64,000 nt of DNA from SAR324 cluster bacterium (GTDB lineage Bacteria > SAR324 > NAC60-12): assembly GCA_022448485.1 (NCBI GenBank), contig JAKUUI010000006.1:4740-68739 (forward strand), in the 5' to 3' direction. The position numbers and the translations under genes were made by a program. This document shows positions 40,005 through 49,536 of the stretch, piece by piece (the stretch's first letter is position 1; each line of letters begins with the position of its first letter). Under the pieces are notes generated by a model. That model worked only from the letters and a program-made list of their open reading frames with translations. It made no database searches and was not told the origin of the DNA.

Positions 40005-41291
40005 ATGACCAAAGTAAAATCCATCAAGCAATTTTGCCCAATTCGCAGGGTTGGTAAAGATACGTATAATCATTTTTTTGGCTATTACAACAAAAATATT
40101 TGGGATAAAACTGGAAGATACCTTTTGTCCCAGCGTGTCCCAATGCCGACTGGAGACCTGACAGGTAAAGAAGTTGCAGAAGTTGGCTTTTTTGACTTGG
40201 AATGTGATGATGTTTACCGAGTGATTGGGGATACAAGCACTTGGAACTGGCAAATGGGCTGTCAATTACAGTGGTTGGATAATAACGAAAATTGGCAAAT
40301 CATATATAACACTCGGAAGCAGTCTTCAACGAAAGTTGATACGGTCTATTCAGACTTTTGTTCTACATTATACAACATAGAAAGTAATGAGAAGAAAGAA
40401 CTCCCTTTACCAGTATATGTTGTTTCTCCGAACAGTAAATATGCTCTTAGTGTCGACTACTCAAGGTTTCAAGTCACGCATCCTACAATCGGATATCATG
40501 CCACCAAACTGGAACCAAATCTAGAAAATGCTCCTGAAAATGATGGTATATACCGTTTGGAAATTGATACTGGTGAAGTGGAATTAATTCTTAGTCTTTG
40601 TGATTTGAGAGAATTTCAGCCAGTTGCATCTATGGATCGAGCAATTCATTGGGTAACGCACTTGGAAATTAATCCTAGTTCTTCAAGATTCCTCTTCATC
40701 CACCGTTGGACCGAACGAGTCGAAGATGAAACTTGTTTCCTACACCGACTTTTTACTGTTAATCCAGACGGTACTGGCCTAAAGCTTCTAGAATGCACTG
40801 ATCATCCTCTTCCTCAATTGGAAGAAGGCTTTGATCAGAACAAGTTTGGAACATTTGACTACGAAAAATCTGAATACCAGATTTCCCATCCTGCATGGAA
40901 GGACGATGGGCAAATTATTGTTTGGGGACCACATCTAGGTAGTATTCATTACCACCTTTATGACAGTTTGAGCGGAGAAGTCGAAGTTATTGGAGAGAAT
41001 TTGTTGACTGAAAACGGACACATGACCTATTCACCAAATGGAAAATGGATTCTCTCGGATACATATCCTGAAGAATCAACCAACGAGCGTCTTCTGATAC
41101 TTTACGATGTAAAAAATGACAATCGCTATGATATCGGTAGTTTCTATACAGATCCAAAGCTTGGAAAACAAAACCGCTGTGATCTTCACCCGAGGTGGAA
41201 TCAGGATGGACAACAGGTGTGCATTGATTCAGTACATGAGTTAACGAGGCAAATTTATATAATAGATGTTTCGGCTATCACCTGTGATTAG
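40005..41291 (+). CDS. Hypothetical protein, probably a TolB/oligogalacturonide-lyase-like beta-propeller
   Basis: 428 aa with no signal peptide. It has repeated propeller-blade-like segments (YSPNGKWILSD, DLHPRWNQDGQQVCIDS). The family assignment is tentative. Confidence 0.6.
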   Translation: MTKVKSIKQFCPIRRVGKDTYNHFFGYYNKNIWDKTGRYLLSQRVPMPTGDLTGKEVAEVGFFDLECDDVYRVIGDTSTWNWQMGCQLQWLDNNENWQIIYNTRKQSSTKVDTVYSDFCSTLYNIESNEKKELPLPVYVVSPNSKYALSVDYSRFQVTHPTIGYHATKLEPNLENAPENDGIYRLEIDTGEVELILSLCDLREFQPVASMDRAIHWVTHLEINPSSSRFLFIHRWTERVEDETCFLHRLFTVNPDGTGLKLLECTDHPLPQLEEGFDQNKFGTFDYEKSEYQISHPAWKDDGQIIVWGPHLGSIHYHLYDSLSGEVEVIGENLLTENGHMTYSPNGKWILSDTYPEESTNERLLILYDVKNDNRYDIGSFYTDPKLGKQNRCDLHPRWNQDGQQVCIDSVHELTRQIYIIDVSAITCD

Positions 41292-41345
41292 TTATGTAGA
41301 CATTCTTCTAATAAGATTAGTAGTAAAACAAATAAACACAGTACT

Positions 41346-42572
41346 ATGACAACCAATACCGGTCCCTTACAAGGATTACGTATTCTTGACATGAGCCGGA
41401 TTTTAGCCGGACCAACCTGTACCCAAATGTTGGGCGACTTGGGAGCGGATGTAATCAAAATTGAACGCCCAGGAGTCGGAGACGATACTCGGAAATGGGG
41501 GCCTCCATATATCAAGGATGCTGAGGGCAACGACACCACTGAAAGTGCGTATTATCTCTGTGCCAACCGCAACAAACGCTCGCTGACGGTGGATATCACA
41601 AAACCAGAAGGACAGGAATTGATCCGGAAGCTGGCAGGGAAATGTGACGTACTGATTGAAAATTACAAAGTCGGTAGCCTTAAAAAATATGGTTTGGATT
41701 ACGCTGGAATGAAAACAGATTTTCCGGATTTGGTCTATTGCTCGATTTCAGGATTTGGACAGAACGGCTCAAAGTCGCACCTTCCTGGCTACGATTTTAT
41801 GATTCAGGCCATGGGTGGAATAATGAGCGTTACCGGCGAAGTGGATGGTTCACCGATGAAAGTCGGTGTGGGAATTGCGGATGTGATGTGCGGAATGTAC
41901 GCCGCAGTGAGTATTCTGGCAGCAATTCGTCACCGAGAACGGGGAGGAATCGGGCAATACATCGACTTGGCATTGCTCGATTCGCAAGCAGCATGGCTGA
42001 TCAACTCAGGATCGAATTATCTGACTTCACGTCAAGATCAGCACCGCCTCGGCAATGCCCATCCGAACATAGTGCCTTATCAAGTTTTCCAAACCAGGGA
42101 CAGCTATTTTGTGCTGGCGATCGGTAACGACGCACAGTTCCGGAAGTTCTGTGAATTTGCTGAGGCTCCTGAATTACCTGACGATCCACGTTTCAAAACC
42201 AATACAGATCGAGTACGTAATCGTGACGTGTTGGTTCCGATGGTGAATGATTTGACCATGCGACTTTCCACTCAACACTGGCTGGAGGGACTGGAAAAAT
42301 TGCAAATTCCCTGCGGCCCGGTGAACACAATTAAGGAGGTATTTGACGACCCACAAATTCAGCACCGTGAAATGGAAATATCCATGCCGCATCCGCTTTC
42401 CGGAAAAGGTGCTGTGAGTTTGATTGGTAGTCCAGTGAAGATGTCAAAAACTCCAGTCAGTTACCGTCATGCTCCACCGACTTTGGGACAGCACACGGAT
42501 GAAGTCTTGCAGGAATTATTGGGCATTAATGAAGCAGAGCGCAGCGAACTTGCTGAGAGGGGGATTATTTAG
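41346..42572 (+). CDS. Family III (CaiB/BaiF) CoA-transferase
   Basis: 408 aa. The N-terminal LRILDMSRILAGPTCTQMLGDLGADVIKIE is typical of the family. Confidence 0.88.
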   Translation: MTTNTGPLQGLRILDMSRILAGPTCTQMLGDLGADVIKIERPGVGDDTRKWGPPYIKDAEGNDTTESAYYLCANRNKRSLTVDITKPEGQELIRKLAGKCDVLIENYKVGSLKKYGLDYAGMKTDFPDLVYCSISGFGQNGSKSHLPGYDFMIQAMGGIMSVTGEVDGSPMKVGVGIADVMCGMYAAVSILAAIRHRERGGIGQYIDLALLDSQAAWLINSGSNYLTSRQDQHRLGNAHPNIVPYQVFQTRDSYFVLAIGNDAQFRKFCEFAEAPELPDDPRFKTNTDRVRNRDVLVPMVNDLTMRLSTQHWLEGLEKLQIPCGPVNTIKEVFDDPQIQHREMEISMPHPLSGKGAVSLIGSPVKMSKTPVSYRHAPPTLGQHTDEVLQELLGINEAERSELAERGII

Positions 42573-42573
42573 A

Positions 42574-43284
42574 ATGAATAATCAAGTAGCTGATATTAAA
42601 AATGAAATGAGAAAATTGGCCAACAAGAAAATTGCTGAACATTCTCAAAGATTCTTCAAAACTGGGAAAGGGCAGTATGGAGAAGGCGATATATTTTTAG
42701 GTATCAGGGTTCCAGTTCTAAGAAAAATTGCCAAAAAATTTCGTAGAATTTCGCTTGCTGAGGTGAGTAAATTACTGGAATCAAAATTCCATGAAGAACG
42801 TTTGCTTTCAATCCTGATGCTTGTCAATCTTTTTAAATCAGGAGATGAAGACGATCAAGAACTGATTTATGAATTGTATCTCGACAAGACGAAATTCATC
42901 AACAATTGGGATATTGTTGATATTTCAGCAGGAAATATTGTTGGTGCATTTTTGTTTGAAAAAGACAAAGCGCCACTTTATCGTCTAGTTTTTTCTGAGA
43001 ACCTGTGGGAGCGGAGAATTGCCATTGTCGCCACTTTTTATTTTATCAGAAATGATGAATTTGATGACACTTTGAAAATTGCGGAAATATTATTCACTGA
43101 CAAAGAGGATTTGATACATAAGGCAGTCGGTTGGATGCTGAGGGAGGTTGGCAAGAGAGTGATTGAAATTGAGGAAGAATTTTTGGAGGAACATTACCTG
43201 AAAATGCCGCGCACCATGCTCAGATATGCAATTGAAAGATTCCCGGAAACAAGAAGGAAAATGTATTTGAAAGGCCAAATCTAA
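42574..43284 (+). CDS. DNA alkylation repair protein (AlkD-like HEAT-repeat family)
   Basis: ATG 42574 lies 1 nt after the previous stop. KIAEHSQRFFKTGKGQYGEGDIFLGIRVPVLRKIAK is typical of the DNA_alkylation family. The ORF-track start at 42469 overlaps the upstream gene. Confidence 0.8.
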   Translation: MNNQVADIKNEMRKLANKKIAEHSQRFFKTGKGQYGEGDIFLGIRVPVLRKIAKKFRRISLAEVSKLLESKFHEERLLSILMLVNLFKSGDEDDQELIYELYLDKTKFINNWDIVDISAGNIVGAFLFEKDKAPLYRLVFSENLWERRIAIVATFYFIRNDEFDDTLKIAEILFTDKEDLIHKAVGWMLREVGKRVIEIEEEFLEEHYLKMPRTMLRYAIERFPETRRKMYLKGQI

Positions 43285-43417
43285 TAATCCTAGATCTAAC
43301 ACAAGTGTTTTTCATTTATATTTATAAACAGGAGACGCAGGATAAAGACAAAACATTATCCTTTTTTAAACAGTTCGTCATGTTCATCACAGTAAAAAAC
43401 CATTCATTAAAGGAAAC

Positions 43418-44614
43418 ATGTTTGAATTGACTGAAACCCAAAAACAACTGCAGGCGACTGCTCGGGAGTTTGCAAAAAAAGAAATCGCTCCCCGTGCGGC
43501 GGAAGTGGACCGTACTGAACAGTATCCTTGGGAAAATGTAAAACAGTTGACCAAACAGGGCTTTATGGGCATGACCGTTCCGCAGGAATACGGTGGTCCC
43601 GGAATGACATATCTAGATGTGGTGCTGGTAATTGAGGAAATTGCCAAAGTGTGCGGAGTTTCGGCGCGGATTGTAGTGGAAGCCAACATGGGCGCAGTTG
43701 GAGCGGTTATGAAATACGGATCCGAAACTCAGAAAAAACTGGCGGCGGAACACGTTTTAAGTGGTGATAAACCAGCGATCTGCATTACTGAACCCGGAGC
43801 AGGAAGCGCAGCCTCAGAAATGAGCACTCGTGCCGATCATAAAGGTGACCACTATATTCTCAACGGCACAAAGCACTGGATTACTGGAGGTGGAGTTTCC
43901 AAGTTTCATTTGATTTTTGCCCGTGTTTTTGAAAATGAAGAACCGCAGGGCATTGCCGGATTCATCGCATTGAGTGGTACAGATGGTTTGAAAGTAGGAA
44001 CACGCGAACCGGCAATGGGTTTGCGCGGCATTCCGGAAACACAAATTATTTGTGAAGATTTGGAAGTTCCGGAAGAGATGATTCTGATTCCTCCGGAAGG
44101 TTTGCAGCGAGGGTTTGCCGGACTGATGAATGCCTACAACGGTCAGCGTGTCGGAGCCGGTACCGTGGCACTGGGGATTGCTGCCGGAGCTTATGAATTG
44201 GCCTTGGAATATTCTCAGCAGCGAGAACAGTTCGGTCGCCCGATTTGTGAATTTCAGGGGTTGCAATGGATGCTGGCCGACATGCACACCCAACTCGAAG
44301 CCGCAAGATTACTACTCCGCAAAGCTGCCTGCAGTGGAAAGAAAGGGTTCCCGGATATGCTGGAAGCAGCACAAGCCAAAATATTTGCTTCGGAAATGGC
44401 GATCAAAGTCACGAATGACGCTCTGCAAATATTCGGTTCTGCCGGTTATTCCCGGAATCTGCCGCTGGAACGTATGGCAAGGGACGCCCGTATGTTCACC
44501 ATCGGTGGTGGTACAGCACAAATTCTGCGCACGGTTGTCGCCTCTGCATTGCTCGACAGGAAACTCCCGCAAACACGAGACGGACATTTCAAATTGGCGG
44601 AAAAAGGAGTTTAA
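43418..44614 (+). CDS. Acyl-CoA dehydrogenase
   Basis: 398 aa with the standard ACAD three-domain pattern (MFELTETQ..., ITEPGAGS, GGGTAQILR). Confidence 0.9.
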   Translation: MFELTETQKQLQATAREFAKKEIAPRAAEVDRTEQYPWENVKQLTKQGFMGMTVPQEYGGPGMTYLDVVLVIEEIAKVCGVSARIVVEANMGAVGAVMKYGSETQKKLAAEHVLSGDKPAICITEPGAGSAASEMSTRADHKGDHYILNGTKHWITGGGVSKFHLIFARVFENEEPQGIAGFIALSGTDGLKVGTREPAMGLRGIPETQIICEDLEVPEEMILIPPEGLQRGFAGLMNAYNGQRVGAGTVALGIAAGAYELALEYSQQREQFGRPICEFQGLQWMLADMHTQLEAARLLLRKAACSGKKGFPDMLEAAQAKIFASEMAIKVTNDALQIFGSAGYSRNLPLERMARDARMFTIGGGTAQILRTVVASALLDRKLPQTRDGHFKLAEKGV

Positions 44615-44622
44615 TCCCGCAT

Positions 44623-44741
44623 TGGCCGGTACGTAGCCCTGCCATACAGTTTTTATTTATTTATCCCTGGCCGGCACGTAGTCCGTTATGTACAGTTTGA
44701 GTAACTGCATAGTCTGGAACGTAGTCCGGCCCTGACGTTTT
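44623..44741. repeat. Three imperfect direct copies of an ACGTAG(C/T)CC-centred motif in the intergenic spacer
   Basis: Copy 1 (44623-44652) is tggccggtACGTAGCCCtgccatacagttt. Copy 2 (44668-44698) is tggccggcACGTAGTCCgttatgtacagttt. Copy 3 (44713-44741) is tctggaACGTAGTCCggccctgacgtttt. The cores are 45 and 43 nt apart. Confidence 0.75.
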
Positions 44742-44804
44742 GCAGGATTTTGTTAAAAAATATTTGTGTGTTTTTGGCAAAAATAAAGAAAAGGAAAAAA
44801 GATA

Positions 44805-46412
44805 ATGGCAAATTCTGCAGAAATTATTGGAAAACGACTCTATCTGGCAGGTTGTCGCCGGGCTTTCGGGATTCCGGGTGGAGAGGTTTTGGTTTTGATG
44901 GAGGGGCTGAGAAATTCCGGAATTGAATTCATTTTAACAAAGCATGAAAATAGCGCCGGATTTATGGCTGAAGGCGGATTTCATGCTGATGGTGCTCCAG
45001 GAATTCTAGTGGCTACGCTTGGTCCGGGAGTCGCTAATGCGGTGAATGTGGTGGCCAATGCGTTTCAGGATCGCGTGCCAATGATTTTCCTCACCGGCTG
45101 TATTGATGCCCATGAAGCCTTGACTTACACGCATCAGGTTCTTGATCACGGCGAGTTGCTAAAATCCGTCACGAAAGCCAGCATTAGGGTGGTCGATGGT
45201 GCTGTCGATGTGGCGGTTGACAAGGCTGTAGCAACTGCCTTGGATGGACAGCCTGGCCCGGTACATCTAGACCTACCGATTAGTGTTGCAGCAAAAGAAC
45301 AGCCTGAAAGTGTGATGATTGCCAGGAAGTTCCCCTCACCTGCAACTCCACCTGAGGGAAAAGATCTGGAGACTGCCCGACAATGGCTTCTCGAAACACA
45401 ACGGCCCTTGATGATTGCTGGAGTTGATGTGTTAAACCAATACGCTGCGAAAGCGGTAGAGGATTTCGTTAGGGAATTTCGGATTCCGCTCATAACTACA
45501 TACAAAGCCAAAGGCGTACTGCCGGAAGATAATCAGCTTGCTCTCGGTGGAGCAGGACTATCTCCATTGGCCGATCAACATTTGTTGCCGTTGGTGCAGG
45601 AAAGTGATTTAATTTTGTTGGCCGGATATGACCCGATTGAAATGCGGGTTGGTTGGCGTAACCCATGGAACGATGATGCTAGGGTGCTTGAATTTTGCGC
45701 TGTGCCGAACACACATTACATGCATCAGGCAGGCTTGAGTTTTGTCGGACATGTTGGCGAAGGATTGAAAACCTTGCGTAAAGATTTTACTCCGCATACC
45801 GTTTGGAAAAACTGCGAGCCAGAAAAAGTACGAAACCGATTGAAATCAATCTTTTCCGGAAACGAAGAATGGGGTCCGGGTGCGGTTATTGAAGTTGTGC
45901 GTGACGCTTTGCCAAGAAATGGAGTCGCCACTGCCGACAGTGGGGCGCATCGGATTTTGCTGAGCCAGATGTGGGAATGCTACGAATCACGCGGATTACT
46001 GCAATCTTCTGCGCTGTGCACAATGGGTTGTGCAATTCCGTTGGCAATGGGGTTTTGTTTGACTGCAACGGAACGTCCGGTTGTGGCTTTTGTCGGGGAT
46101 GCTGGATTGGAAATGGTTTTGGGTGAGTTAGCAACTCTGCGAGACTTGAAACTTCCGTTGGTGATCGTAGTCTTTGTCGACCAATCTTTGGCTCTGATTG
46201 AAATGAAACAGCGTAAATCCGATTTGCCGAACCTTGGTGTAGATTTTGGCGCAACAGATTTTCCTGCAGTTGCGGAGGCTTTGGGAGGATTTGGACTCTG
46301 GATTTCCAGCCGAAACGAATTGAGTCTCGCGCTTGACGAAGCTTTTGAGCGTAAAACATTTACGTTACTGGCTTGTAAAATTGGTGAAAAGGTTTACGAT
46401 GGACGCTTTTAA
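44805..46412 (+). CDS. Thiamine-diphosphate-dependent enzyme (acetolactate synthase-like / 2-hydroxyacyl-CoA lyase-like family)
   Basis: 535 aa with Pyr, middle and PP domains. The ThDP motif is variant: GDAGLEMVLGELATLRDLKLPLVIVVFVDQS, that is GDA...DQ where GDG...NN is usual. Confidence 0.82.
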   Translation: MANSAEIIGKRLYLAGCRRAFGIPGGEVLVLMEGLRNSGIEFILTKHENSAGFMAEGGFHADGAPGILVATLGPGVANAVNVVANAFQDRVPMIFLTGCIDAHEALTYTHQVLDHGELLKSVTKASIRVVDGAVDVAVDKAVATALDGQPGPVHLDLPISVAAKEQPESVMIARKFPSPATPPEGKDLETARQWLLETQRPLMIAGVDVLNQYAAKAVEDFVREFRIPLITTYKAKGVLPEDNQLALGGAGLSPLADQHLLPLVQESDLILLAGYDPIEMRVGWRNPWNDDARVLEFCAVPNTHYMHQAGLSFVGHVGEGLKTLRKDFTPHTVWKNCEPEKVRNRLKSIFSGNEEWGPGAVIEVVRDALPRNGVATADSGAHRILLSQMWECYESRGLLQSSALCTMGCAIPLAMGFCLTATERPVVAFVGDAGLEMVLGELATLRDLKLPLVIVVFVDQSLALIEMKQRKSDLPNLGVDFGATDFPAVAEALGGFGLWISSRNELSLALDEAFERKTFTLLACKIGEKVYDGRF

Positions 46413-46578
46413 TTGTGGCTTTCGGACCGATGAATTCCTGCCTCTCTTAGGTGTTTTGTGATTGTGATTATTTCGTCTCCGCTCAGTTCCATAATTGGAG
46501 CGATCCTGTTTGTCTAAAGAATAAAATTCTGTACAGCTCCCTCCTGTTTTATCCTGAAGCCGAAGATTTTTGTTTGTA

Positions 46579-48000
46579 ATGTCTCCTTTAAATTCAAATA
46601 AGAAAGTCATTCATTTTACAGGAATCTGCGGAACTGGAATGGCGTCGCTTGCTGTGTTGTTGAAATTGCGTGGACATCAAGTTCGTGGTTCTGACGAAAA
46701 TGTTTATCCGCCCATGAGCGATTTCCTTGCACAAAATAAGATTACTGTACAAAGTGGATTTTCAGCAAAAAACCTAGATCCTGAACCTGATTTGGTTGTT
46801 ATCGGCAACGCACTCTCACGGGGGAATCCGGAAGTCGAGGCTGTTTTGGAGAGCAAACTGTCGTATATATCAATGTCGGAATTACTGAAAGAGTATTTCA
46901 TTCGTGGAAAAACCTCACTTGTTGTTAGTGGGACTCACGGAAAAACTACGACGTCTTCTTTACTGGCCTGGGTTTTTGAGTCTGCAGAGAAAGCCCCTGG
47001 ATTTATGATCGGTGGAATTGCAGAAAATTTTAAGGCCAGCTGTCGTGACGGCGATGGGAGCTATTTTATTATTGAAGGAGATGAGTACGACACAGCATTT
47101 TTCGACAAACGTTCAAAATTTTTCCATTATCTTCCGGATCAATTGATTCTGAATAATCTCGAATTTGATCATGCTGATATCTTTGACTCACTTGCTGACA
47201 TTAAAAAAGCCTTCAGACTGATGCTGCGTCTCATTCCTCGAAACGGTCTGATTGCCGCAAATGGAGATGATGTAAATGTTCAAACCGTGCTGGAGTCAGC
47301 TTATTCTCCTGTTGTTAAATTTGGTTTTGGAAAAACATCTGATGTGAGAGCCTTAAATCTCGAAACCAGTGAATCCGGAACTGCATTTGAAGTGGAAGAT
47401 AAACGCCGGAAAGAATCTGAGCAGGTTAAGAAATTTGAACTCAAACTTTCTGGAGCATACAATGTGCGAAATGCATTGGGTGTAATAATATTGGCCCGAT
47501 ACAACGGCATTACTGATCAAACGATTCAGGCTGCTTTTAATTCGTTCCAGAGTGTACGCAGGAGGCAGGAATTACGCGGAGAAGTAAACGGAATTGCTAT
47601 TTATGATGACTTTGCACACCATCCGACTGCAGTACGAGAGACAGTTACTGCGATCAGACAAAAACATCCGGGGCGCCGCCTGATCGCTGTTTTTGAACCA
47701 CGGAGCAATACCAGCGTGCTCAAAATTCACCAAGAAGTCTTAATTGATTCTTTCAGGGAAGCAGATGAGGTGATTTTAACAACACCACACCGACTGGCAC
47801 AGATTCCTGTAGAGCAGCGGCTGGAAGTGCCGGAAGTTTTGAAATCACTGAATGATGATAAAATTCCTGCTTATGTATTTCCTGAAGTGACCGAAATCAT
47901 TGAGCATCTAAAAACAAATTGCCGTTCAGGAGATGTTGTATTAATTATGAGTAATGGCAAATTCGATAATATCCATCAGCGTTTACTTGAGGCACTTTAA
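46579..48000 (+). CDS. mpl: UDP-N-acetylmuramate:L-alanyl-gamma-D-glutamyl-meso-diaminopimelate ligase (murein peptide ligase)
   Basis: GICGTGMASLA...GSDENVYPPMS...GNALSRGNPEVEAVL...SGTHGKTTT is collinear with E. coli Mpl. NVYPPMS is an Mpl hallmark rather than a MurC one. I chose the ATG at 46579; the track starts at TTG 46570. Confidence 0.88.
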   Translation: MSPLNSNKKVIHFTGICGTGMASLAVLLKLRGHQVRGSDENVYPPMSDFLAQNKITVQSGFSAKNLDPEPDLVVIGNALSRGNPEVEAVLESKLSYISMSELLKEYFIRGKTSLVVSGTHGKTTTSSLLAWVFESAEKAPGFMIGGIAENFKASCRDGDGSYFIIEGDEYDTAFFDKRSKFFHYLPDQLILNNLEFDHADIFDSLADIKKAFRLMLRLIPRNGLIAANGDDVNVQTVLESAYSPVVKFGFGKTSDVRALNLETSESGTAFEVEDKRRKESEQVKKFELKLSGAYNVRNALGVIILARYNGITDQTIQAAFNSFQSVRRRQELRGEVNGIAIYDDFAHHPTAVRETVTAIRQKHPGRRLIAVFEPRSNTSVLKIHQEVLIDSFREADEVILTTPHRLAQIPVEQRLEVPEVLKSLNDDKIPAYVFPEVTEIIEHLKTNCRSGDVVLIMSNGKFDNIHQRLLEAL

Positions 48001-48019
48001 CTTTTAATAAAGTATTTAA

Positions 48020-49528
48020 ATGGCTATACGAGAACACACGATTTATGATTGCATTTTGAGGAATGCTTGCAATCATTCTGATAAAACAGCCTTGGTTTCA
48101 GGAGATTTGTTCCTCACTTTTGCAGATGTTCCAATACACGTCAATAGTCTAGCACGTGGGCTGCTGAATACAGGTTATGAAAAAGGAGACAGGATTGCGG
48201 TGCTGTTGAATAACTGCGCCGAGTATGCACTGCTTTTGGCCGCTTGTACTCGTATCGGGGTCATTGCAGTGTGTTTGAATACACGCACAAGTGCCGATGA
48301 AATGCGCATGGTGCTTGAAAGTACAAAACCGAAAGCTTTGGTCTTTCAGACGAATTACGAGACCCAAGCTGAAGCGCTCTGCGGTTTGTTACCCCCTCGT
48401 CAGTTGTACTGCATTGATGAAGCCTCGATACTTTCGGCATCCTTCGACCAATTGGTAGATGAAGATCCTTCTCCGCTCGCTGAGCCGCAACCGGGTGTGG
48501 ACGAGGGTTGGTTGATAATTCCCACGGCCGCTGTGGATGGAGTTCCTAAAGGTGCTTTGCTCAGTCAGCGAAATGTACTTGCCTCTGTTGCAGTTCATCT
48601 TCATCATTTTGGACGTGAAGCCATCGAAGGCCACTTAATAGCTCTGCCGATTTTTCATGTAATGGGTCTGACTTCTGCGTGGGCAACTTTCATCAGCGGC
48701 GGCAAGAATGTTTTGCTCAACCAATTTGATGAAAAACGGGCTGTGCATTTGATTGATACAGAAAAACTGACATATTTCGGTTCATTCCCTCCGGTGCTGG
48801 AACGCGTACTTGATACTGCAAAAGAAACAGGTTTCGGATTGGAAAGTTTGCAGATGGTATACGGTTTAGAAGGACCGCAGAATATTCAGCGCTTACAGGA
48901 AGAAACCTCTGCAGTTTTTTGGTCGGGATTTGGACAGGCGGAAACAACTGCTTTTGTAACAGCATCTCCTGCTTCTGAACGCCCAGGAGCTTCCGGACAA
49001 GCGACTTTGATCAACTCTGTGGCTGTTGTTGATGAAGTTGATGAACTGGTATCTACAGGAGAAGAAGGAGAAATAGTTGTGCGTGGAGAAAATATTTTTC
49101 TTGAATACTGGGACATGCCGGAAGCAACAGCATATGCGCAGCGTAATGGTTGGCATCATACAGGTGACATTGGACGTTTTGATGATCAAGGATACTTATG
49201 GTACGTTAAACGTAAGGCAGAAAAAGAATTGATAAAAACAGGTGGTGAAAATGTATATCCGGGAGAGGTGGAAAAGATCTTGCTAAAGCATCCTGAAATC
49301 GACGATTGCTGTGTGATTGGAGTTCCGGATAAGACTTGGGGCGAATCCGTAAAAGCAATTTGTGTCGTCAAAGATGGAACAAAGCCTTCCATAGAGTCAA
49401 TACGTAATTATGTTGGAGGGCAGATTGCAGGCTTTAAGAAACCACGACAAGTAATTTTTGTAAAAGAACTGCCTCACGAAAATGATGAAATAGATCGAGA
49501 GGCAGTAAAAGCTAAGTGGGGAGAATGA
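48020..49528 (+). CDS. AMP-dependent synthetase/ligase (acyl-CoA synthetase family)
   Basis: 502 aa with ANL-superfamily patterns (GWHHTGDIGRFDDQGYLWYVKRKAEKELIKTGGENVYPGEVE). Confidence 0.88.
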   Translation: MAIREHTIYDCILRNACNHSDKTALVSGDLFLTFADVPIHVNSLARGLLNTGYEKGDRIAVLLNNCAEYALLLAACTRIGVIAVCLNTRTSADEMRMVLESTKPKALVFQTNYETQAEALCGLLPPRQLYCIDEASILSASFDQLVDEDPSPLAEPQPGVDEGWLIIPTAAVDGVPKGALLSQRNVLASVAVHLHHFGREAIEGHLIALPIFHVMGLTSAWATFISGGKNVLLNQFDEKRAVHLIDTEKLTYFGSFPPVLERVLDTAKETGFGLESLQMVYGLEGPQNIQRLQEETSAVFWSGFGQAETTAFVTASPASERPGASGQATLINSVAVVDEVDELVSTGEEGEIVVRGENIFLEYWDMPEATAYAQRNGWHHTGDIGRFDDQGYLWYVKRKAEKELIKTGGENVYPGEVEKILLKHPEIDDCCVIGVPDKTWGESVKAICVVKDGTKPSIESIRNYVGGQIAGFKKPRQVIFVKELPHENDEIDREAVKAKWGE

Positions 49529-49536
49529 TGAAAAAG

